From: Octopus vulgaris | Lineage: Eukaryota | Length of the DNA: 64,000 nucleotides | Direction of reading: 5' to 3' | Assembly: GCA_951406725.2 (NCBI GenBank) | Contig: OX597820.1 | Location: 13,268,001-13,332,000, forward strand | Shown here: piece after piece, positions 56,367 to 64,000 of the stretch | Layout: each line of letters starts with the position of its first letter | Numbering within the stretch: position 1 is the first letter of the stretch | Notes under the pieces: generated by a model | What the model was told of the DNA's origin: nothing | Seen by the model: only the letters and a program-made list of their open reading frames with translations | The model's database searches: none | Made by a program: the position numbers and the translations under genes

Positions 56367-57009
56367 ATCTTATCCTTAATATTGTTACGCTGTTCCCATT
56401 CGGTGCTTAGTAGTGGTTGATTTTAGTTGATTTATTTATTTATTTATTTTTGTAGTAATGCGATCGGGTTATGGCTAAGCGAGCCTTGTCGCTCTGTCCA
56501 TTCACTCTGTTGAATGTATATGTGACTCAATATCTGCTTCCTGTGATTCTACTGACTCTGTAAACTATCATAATGCCGCATATTTTCGATATGTGGAAAA
56601 TGTTTTTACTTCAACATTTTGTTTTATCATCGTGTTTCTGTATCATTATCCTCAGTATACCATGCAGAAAAAAACACAAAATACACACGAGCACACACAG
56701 ACACACACACACACATACACACAAACACACACACATATATACAGAGAAAGAGAAAGATAGAGAGAACACATAGGTACGTATATATATATACGTATGTATG
56801 TGTGTGTGTGCGTGTGTATGTATGTATATTTATACAATTATATATATATATACACGTATACATATACACATATACACACATATATATACTTACACATAAA
56901 TATATATATATATATATATATATACAAATGTACACATATACATATATACATATATATACACATATATATACTTAGATAGATATTTTGACAGACAGGCAGA
57001 CATATAGAG

Positions 57010-57082
<73 letters not shown>

Positions 57083-57974
57083 TGCATACCTACATTTATA
57101 CGTTTTTATAGACAGACGTGCATACTACACCCGTATGTACATACATGCACAGAAATAACTACTGATGCATTAGCAATGTTCATTTTTATGCTAGTGTTAG
57201 AAGTATTCTGGAGTATATCATAGCATACACGAGCTGAGAGTGTTCACCTAATATAAACACACACACACACACATACACACACAACAGACAAACACACACA
57301 TGGATGGATGTACGCACGTACATTGAATTTTCCAAATACCGACTGTCATCTGACCTGAAGTAAATATTTACTAACATCAAAGGGAAACACAATGTGGTTC
57401 TCCGTTACGAGCCCCATGCCGTTAACGCCTTCTGTTTATTTATCAATGTTGGAATTCCTCGAATTATATTTGCTATGGTTACCGACACACATAGTTTATA
57501 GCTGTTTCATTGGCGTTGATCGTAGGCTGGCTTGTTGTGTTGCAGGAGATGGTTCACGTTGCTTTGTAGTCGATATCTGATGCTGTAATCTGCTGGTAGA
57601 GTTTTTGTATGTGGTGTTGATTTTAACGAGTTTTTTTTTCTCTCTCTCGTCTATTTACAGTTATTTGCTGTTGTTTAATGTAGTTCTAAGTGAAATATGT
57701 GATACAGTTTCTATTGTTCCAATGAGTTTTATATCACTGAGGGAGGGAAATTGTTTGAACAAAAAAAAAAGACATGGAGATTGTAATAGATTTTGAGAGA
57801 AATGGCTTCGTTCTTTGTATTTTTTAATTATTATTGACATAAAAGACAAATAGAATATGGAGGGGTAGGAGAATTCCCATTTTACATTGCATATGCGTAT
57901 TTCTGGGTCCTTTTCTTTCTTTCTTTCTGCTCATTTGCGTTTTATTACCTGTCATACTTTCAAAGTGAAGGCGT

Positions 57975-58205
57975 CTGTCCGAGTTTTTAGAAGGTTGTAA
58001 TCCCGATCTTGCTATCGTGGTTTCGATTCGTGGCCCGGCCGGCGCGTTGTATTTTCAGCAAAAGCACTTCGGTTCACATTACTCCATTTCATTTAGCTAT
58101 AACTGAATTACTTTGCAAAGGACTGTCATCTCGTTCCAGGGGCAGTATTGCAATTTTGGTCTCTTATATGCCATGGAAACCGGGCAATCGTCCCCATAAG
58201 TTCCA
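57975..58205 (+). mobile_element. Old SINE with CORE-like body and tail C-like end
   Basis: GGTTTCGATTCG B box; TTGCAAAGGACTGTCATCTCGTTCCAGGGG..GCCATGGAAACCGGG..CCCCATAAG. Confidence 0.5.
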
Positions 58206-58249
58206 ATACTCGAAGACAGTAATGTTTCGAAGACTTCCTTTATTTTATA

Positions 58250-58632
58250 CTAGCAGTATCGCCCGGCGTTGCTCAGGTTTGTAAGGGAAATAACTATAAA
58301 GCATTTTTAGAGAGTTATAGCCAAAAAATAGCAAAAAAATGGGAAAAAAATGATGGTAAATTTTTTTGAGAGTTAAAAAAGGTGGAGTTGCGTCCCCTAG
58401 ACGGTCTGTGGTTTGGGTTCCTGATTCTCGACCCCATGTCGAATTTATCGATTTTTTTCAGAACTGGGGGAACTTTTCAAAATTTTCGCTGCGTTAGTTT
58501 TGAATTATGACATTGGGCTATGTGTGTGTCAAGTTTCATCAGAATCGGTTGAAAGCCGTGGTCAGAGTGAGGGTACGAGAAAACAGACACACAGAAAACG
58601 CACAGACAAACTGCCGTTTATATAGAGAGAGA
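58250..58632 (-). mobile_element. Non-autonomous Helitron
   Basis: Closely similar to 19833-20203; TC and CTAG termini on -. Confidence 0.8.
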
Positions 58633-58726
58633 TATATATATGATCAAAGTGATCTGAGCGTTTTGTGGATTTTGGCTCGCTGTGTGCTATGTAATATTTG
58701 TTTTGAAGTTAACAGTCCATTAACTA

Positions 58727-59170
58727 AAGGCGGCGAGCTGGCAGAATCACGCCAGGCGAAATGCTTAGCGGTATTTCGTCTGCCGTTACGTTCTGAGTTC
58801 AAATTCTGCCGAGGTCGACTTTGCCTTTCATGTTTTCGGGGTCGATTAGATAAGTACCAGTTACGCACTGGGGTCGATATAATCGACTTAATCCGTTTGT
58901 CTGTCCTTGTTTGTCCTCTCTGTGTTTAGGCCCTTGTGGGTAGTAAAGAAATAGGTATTTCGTCTACCGTTACGTTCTGAGTTCAAATTCCGCCGAAGTT
59001 GACTTTGCCTTTCACCCTTTTCAGGTCGATAAATTAAGTACCAGTTGCATACTGGGGTCGATATAATCGACTAGCCCCTTCCCCCAAAATTTCATGCCTT
59101 GTGCCAAAAGTAGAAAATAATCGCTAGCACGCCGAGCAAAATGATTAGTCCACCTTTACGTTCTGAGTTA
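58727..59170 (+). mobile_element. Family M SINE dimer plus a third partial unit
   Basis: Full unit, then GGTATTTCGTCTACCGTTACGTTCTGAGTTCAAATTCC restarts with a different tail. Confidence 0.85.
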
Positions 59171-59249
59171 AGATTTAAATAAATTCTAATTATAACGGTG
59201 TTTATTTATTTCCGTCATGTCTGTGTATACACACACACACACACATATA

Positions 59250-59334
<85 letters not shown>

Positions 59335-59814
59335 CACACACACGCACACGTGTCTGTCTTTGTTTTGTGTTTGCCTCCACCCCTAGGCAACTGGTGTTCA
59401 TTTGTTTACGCCGATTGTTCGACTACATATCTCAAGGGTGGGGGGCACAATATGGCTGCAATCCAATGACAGAAACAAGTAAAAGATAATAAAGAAAATA
59501 AACCTAATACTATTATTCACTCTGTCTCAATACACATTTTGAAATACGTTTAGAAAATGCATTTGTTTTTATAGGTGTGTAGGTCAATGTAAGTAATGTA
59601 AACATTTTTGAAATTCCATTAGGTGGAATAATGGTATCTAAGCGGAATGCTCTTAGTGTTTGCTTCTTTTCGTTTGGTGTCTGAAAAAAGGTCTCCGCCT
59701 GGTGCTGTTAGAAGCGGTTTACTTAAACAAGTTATCGTAATACGAATTCTTCGACAGACTGCGTAAGGTCGAATTACACCTCCTACCTTTTATTTCTTCC
59801 TTCTGTCTCTTGCT

Positions 59815-60220
59815 TGCTTCAGTCGTTGGACTGCGGCCATGCTGGAGTACCCCCTTGAAGGGTTTTAGTTGAAGAAATCTAAACTAATAGTTATTTTCTT
59901 TTTCAAAGTCTGATACTCATTCTGTCAATCTCTTTTCCCGAACCGCTAATTTATGAGAATGTAAACAAACCAACAGGTGTTCTCAAGCGGTGACCGGGGA
60001 CAAAAACAGACAACCCACCCCAAGTACGTACACACGCACACACACACAGAGTATATGTGTGTGTATTTGTGTATGTTCGACGGGCTTCTCTCAATTTCCA
60101 TCTTCCAAATCTGTTCAGAGCTCGAACTTTAGTATAAGACATTTGCCTAAAGTGCCGAGCAGTGGAACTGAACCCAAAACCACACGGCTGGTCTTGGGTT
60201 CAGTATCACTCAGCCACACC
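59815..60220 (-). mobile_element. Degenerate family A SINE
   Basis: GACTGCGGCCATGCTGGAG tail; CAGTGGAACTGAACCC head. Confidence 0.7.
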
Positions 60221-61164
60221 TGCAAAAGAAAGCAAGCTTTTATCGCAGATGTTATTGAATTTGGTGTCAAACTAAAACTTATAACCATAAATCGACTCAT
60301 TTTAGCAAAAATCGAATTTCTTTTTCCATTCCACACCAATAGCTGAAACTAAAATTTGCACAAAACTAGTTTGTTTTTTCTTTTAAATAAAATTGACACC
60401 ATTTTGTTATTGAATATAAATGGATATAGATTTCTTACGAAGAAATAAGTAAATTGATTTCAGTTCAATAAGCTGATACACGCCTATATTAGCCATAACT
60501 GAAAAAAACATTGACACAGAACGTATAATATTTGTCAAATTTATTCAAACACATTTATCTAATGAACTATTTCCTTGGCCAAATAGAAAATATACATAGT
60601 TAATGAGAGTTTGATTTAAAGTGGACACTGCTTATCAATCATACTCGACAGACAATCTTTCGGCGTATAGATTATTCGTTTTTTCTTCTTTTTAGTTTTT
60701 TACACGAAAAAAAAAACTGTTCGAAAAGTTAATAACCAAATAAGAAGATTCATAGACAAATAAGAAAATTCCAGTGAATCAAGATATTATTACAAAACCT
60801 CAGCTTATATTTATTGAAATTGGTTCAAGCTAATATTTTATATTCAGCATCGAAGCCACTTTAAGCGGTTTGTTATTAACGCTAAACAAAGTGAAGAATC
60901 GTTTTCTATTTGCTTCTTTTTATCTATCCAGTCGGATGACTAGCATGGACCAATGCAAATCTTCACCGCCAGATGTTCCGATCCACAAGCTGGTCGATAT
61001 ATACTCCTGTGTGTCCATGCGTAGGTTTCCAAAGATGGAAGTCGCTAGATATGTCATCCTTGCTGCTCCACCAGTGTCCTGTGTAACATATCCTTTCTCT
61101 GATTAGTGAGTTGATGGTGTAAAAACTGCCATATAGTTGCCGTTTCGTGAGGTTTGAAAGAACG

Positions 61165-61350
61165 GGTTCAAATTTCGGCACAAGGCCAGCAAATTTCGGG
61201 GTAGAGGCTAAGTCGATTACATCGACCCCAGTGTTCAACTGGTACTTATTTTATCGACCCTGAAAGGATAAAAGGCCAAGTCGACCTCGGTAAAATTTGA
61301 ACTCAGAACGTAAGCATTTTGCCCGATATGATAATGATTCTGCCAGTTCG
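61165..61350 (-). mobile_element. Family M SINE
   Basis: GGCACAAGGCCAGCAAATTTC..GTCGACCTCGG..TTTGAACTCAGAACG. Confidence 0.8.
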
Positions 61351-61444
61351 GGACCTCAGCTGCCAAGAAAGGTTGAGGATATCACCAAGATTTCTTTTTT
61401 TTGTTTTTTTGCTTGTTTTCAAGTTTTTTATTCTTTTATTCTTT

Positions 61445-61575
61445 TATAGTACTTATTCTATCGGTCTTTTTGCCGAACCGCTAAGTTGCGGGGACGTAGA
61501 CACACCAGCATCGGTTTCTAGGCGATGGCGGCGGCAACAAACACAGACACAAGGACTCACACAAAAATATATACG

Positions 61576-61625
<50 letters not shown>

Positions 61626-61786
61626 ACGGGCTTCTTTCGGTTTCCGTCTACCAAATCCACTCACAAGGCTTTGGTCGGCCCGTAGCTATAGTAGAAGACA
61701 CCCGCCCAAATTGCCACGCAGTGGAACTGAACCCGGAACCATGTGGTTGGGAAGCAAGCTTCTTTCCACACAGCCACGCCTGTGCC
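61445..61786 (-). mobile_element. Family A SINE, tail missing
   Basis: Head and CORE on the minus strand. Confidence 0.85.
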
Positions 61787-61949
61787 TATAAAGCCACGGT
61801 TTGCTCAGAATTAATGCCAAAGAGCTGAAGAGAAGTATTGATTCAACGACTGCTTTGAAGAAATTTTTCTTCGTTTTATCAGGAAAGAAGGACTGCCATA
61901 TAATTCTAGGCATTCTATGATTTTGCTACCCTTATAATTCTTTTCTAAA

Positions 61950-62343
61950 CTAGGCACAAGGCCTGATATATTATGGGAGGTAGGGGCCAGTCGATTAGAT
62001 CGACTCCAGTACGCAACTGGTACTTAATTTATCGACCTCCCAAAGGATGAAATGCAAAGTCGGCCTCGGCGGAATATTGAACTCAGAACGTAGACAGACG
62101 AAATTCCTATTTCTTTACTACCCACAAGGGGCTAAATACAGAGGGGACAAACAAGGACAGACAAACGGATTAAGTCGACTATATCGACCCCAGTGCGTAA
62201 TTGGTACTTAATTTATCGATCCCGAAAGGATGAAAGGCAAAGTCGACCTCGGCGGAATTTGAACTCACAACGTAACAGCAGACGAAATACCGCTAAGCAT
62301 AAGCATTTCGCTCGGTGTGCTAACGATTCTGCCAGCTCACCGC
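61950..62343 (-). mobile_element. Family M SINE dimer
   Basis: Same two-unit layout as 58727-59110. Confidence 0.85.
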
Positions 62344-63087
62344 GTTTTTTGCAACACTTATATTAAAAGGAGGCTAAAAGCAAATTTAAAGTATTGTTTC
62401 AGATATTTAAAACGATAAGATTTTATTTAATTTTTCGTTACCGACTTTTAAAAAGAAAAAAAAACAAACATTTTAAACAGAAGAAAGTTCTTTAAATTCT
62501 AACAATATTCAATATATATGCATGAGCCAATTCCAACATTTTCTCTCAATTACACGTTTATCGGTAATACCTAAGAGATATTAAAATGTAATTAAACAAA
62601 ACTTGGCCAAGAATCTTGGGTTTATTCCTGGTTTATTTCATTTCATTATACTTGATTATTTTTTGAAATTATGGCAGCGCGCCAGTATTTTCAATTTCTC
62701 CTTTCTATCTTTTATTCAATATTTCGTACAACATTAATGTCAATTCTTTCACATATTTTAAATTCTATCTTTTATATATTTGATTTCATGATTTATTTTC
62801 CTTCAAATTTCGTAAAAGTGCAAATGTGTGTGACCGATAAATAAGTAAAACATGACTAGGTTATTTGCAAAACGTTTTAATATGAAATTTCCGTTGTTTA
62901 GTTCCATTTTAAATTCTGGATTTTTCTCTAATACAAATAAACAGTCGAGGCGAAAAAAGATTTTGAGAAAAATTACTGCGTAGTTATGCTTTACTTATTT
63001 TTCAGTCTTTGAAACACGGGCCATGCTGGGGCATCGACTTGAAGGTTTTCTTTTTTTTTTTTTTTTCTGAGTCTACTACCTAATCTT

Positions 63088-63472
63088 GTGGAGGCGCAAT
63101 GGCCCAGTGGTTAGGGCAGCGGACTCGCGGTCATAGGAACGCGGTTTCGATTCCAAGACCGGGCGTTGTGAGTGTTTATTGAGCGAAAACATCTAAAAAG
63201 CTCCACGAGGCTCCGGCAGGAGATGGTGGTGATCCCTGCTGTACCCTTTCACCACAACTTTCTCTCACTCTTACTTCCTGTTTCTGTTGTACCTGTATTT
63301 CAAGGGGCCGGCCTTGTCACTCTCTGTGTCACGCTGAATATCCCCGAGAACTACGTTAAGGGTGCACGTGTCTGTGGAGTGCTCAGCCACTTACACGTTA
63401 ATTTCACGAGCAGGCTGTTCCGTTGATTCGGATCAACCGGAACCCTCATCGTCGTGACCGACGGAGTGCTTC
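63088..63472 (+). mobile_element. Family R SINE, tail B, full length
   Basis: A and B boxes, (CCAT)n end, candidate TSD TAC(C/T)TAATCT. Confidence 0.9.
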
Positions 63473-63624
63473 CATCCATCCATTACTTAATCTGTCCGTG
63501 TCTTTCGCTGAACCGATAAGATACGAGGATGTAAGATTTTATTTAATTTCTCGTTACCGACTATTAAAAAAAACCAAAGAAAATAAAACAGACATCTTAA
63601 ACAGAAGAAAATTCTGAAATATTA

Positions 63625-63732
63625 TGGGAGGTGGGGGCCAGTCGATTATATGAACCCAAGTACGCAGCTGGTACTTAATTTATCGACTCCGAAAGGATGA
63701 AATGCAAAGTCGATCTCGGCGGAATTTGAATT
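63625..63732 (-). mobile_element. Family M SINE fragment
   Basis: TGGTACTTAATTTATCGACTCCGAAAGGATGAAA. Confidence 0.75.
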
Positions 63733-63825
63733 TTGTTTCCTACCACTTCACAAACGGCGTTGTCAACACCGTTTGTTAAGTGGCAGGAGACAAAACACGC
63801 ACACACACACACACACATATATACA

Positions 63826-64000
63826 CCATGTGGTGCTGAAAAGTTCCTGGCTTTCGGTAAAAGAAAATACAGGAGGATCAATTAATTATTCAACATAGTC
63901 CCCCTCTCTGGGTCATACATTTATTGCAGTGGATCTTCATTTTTTTTTGAAGCCTTGTAAAAGAACTCAAAAAGTAAGGCATCCAACCAGGCCTTTCGTG
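63826..64000 (-). mobile_element. Mariner 3' end, cut by the window edge
   Basis: EFFYKASKKM..CNKC..GDYVE*; TIR-like GTGGTGCTGAAAAGTTCCTGGC. Confidence 0.65.

Larger units (their letters stand above)
60925..61915 (-). mobile_element. RTE-type LINE 3' fragment interrupted by two SINEs
   Basis: KKNFFKAVVESILLFSS (61820-61875); QLYG..IRERICYTGHWWSSKDDISSDFHLWKPTHG..YIDQL (60985-61150). Confidence 0.65.

Overview
AT-rich, repeat-saturated eukaryotic DNA with no convincing host protein-coding exon, so probably intronic or intergenic. The SINE repertoire and extreme (TA)n/(TG)n/(ACAT)n load suggest an octopus genome (inference). Nearly all ORFs in the supplied track are microsatellite artefacts or decayed transposon fragments. 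The window holds about 40 tRNA-derived SINE copies in three or four families, LINE fragments (CR1-type x3, RTE-type x2, a decayed R4/Dong-like RT), several Tc1/mariner remnants (one nested pair, one made of two inverted 5' ends), MITEs, five Helitron derivatives, a Penelope-like (PLE) GIY-YIG fragment and a 3.1-kb (ACAT)n array. The most notable signals are three. (1) Short elements sitting in (TA)n tracts carry minimal type-I hammerhead ribozyme motifs, often as perfect or near-perfect fold-back inverted repeats. (2) A CR1 LINE, the main SINE family and a compact tRNA-Pro-headed element share a 3' tail hairpin with compensatory changes. (3) SINE heads and tails appear to be shuffled combinatorially. 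Coordinates were read by eye and may be off by a few bases. Family and clade names come from motif recognition, not database searches.
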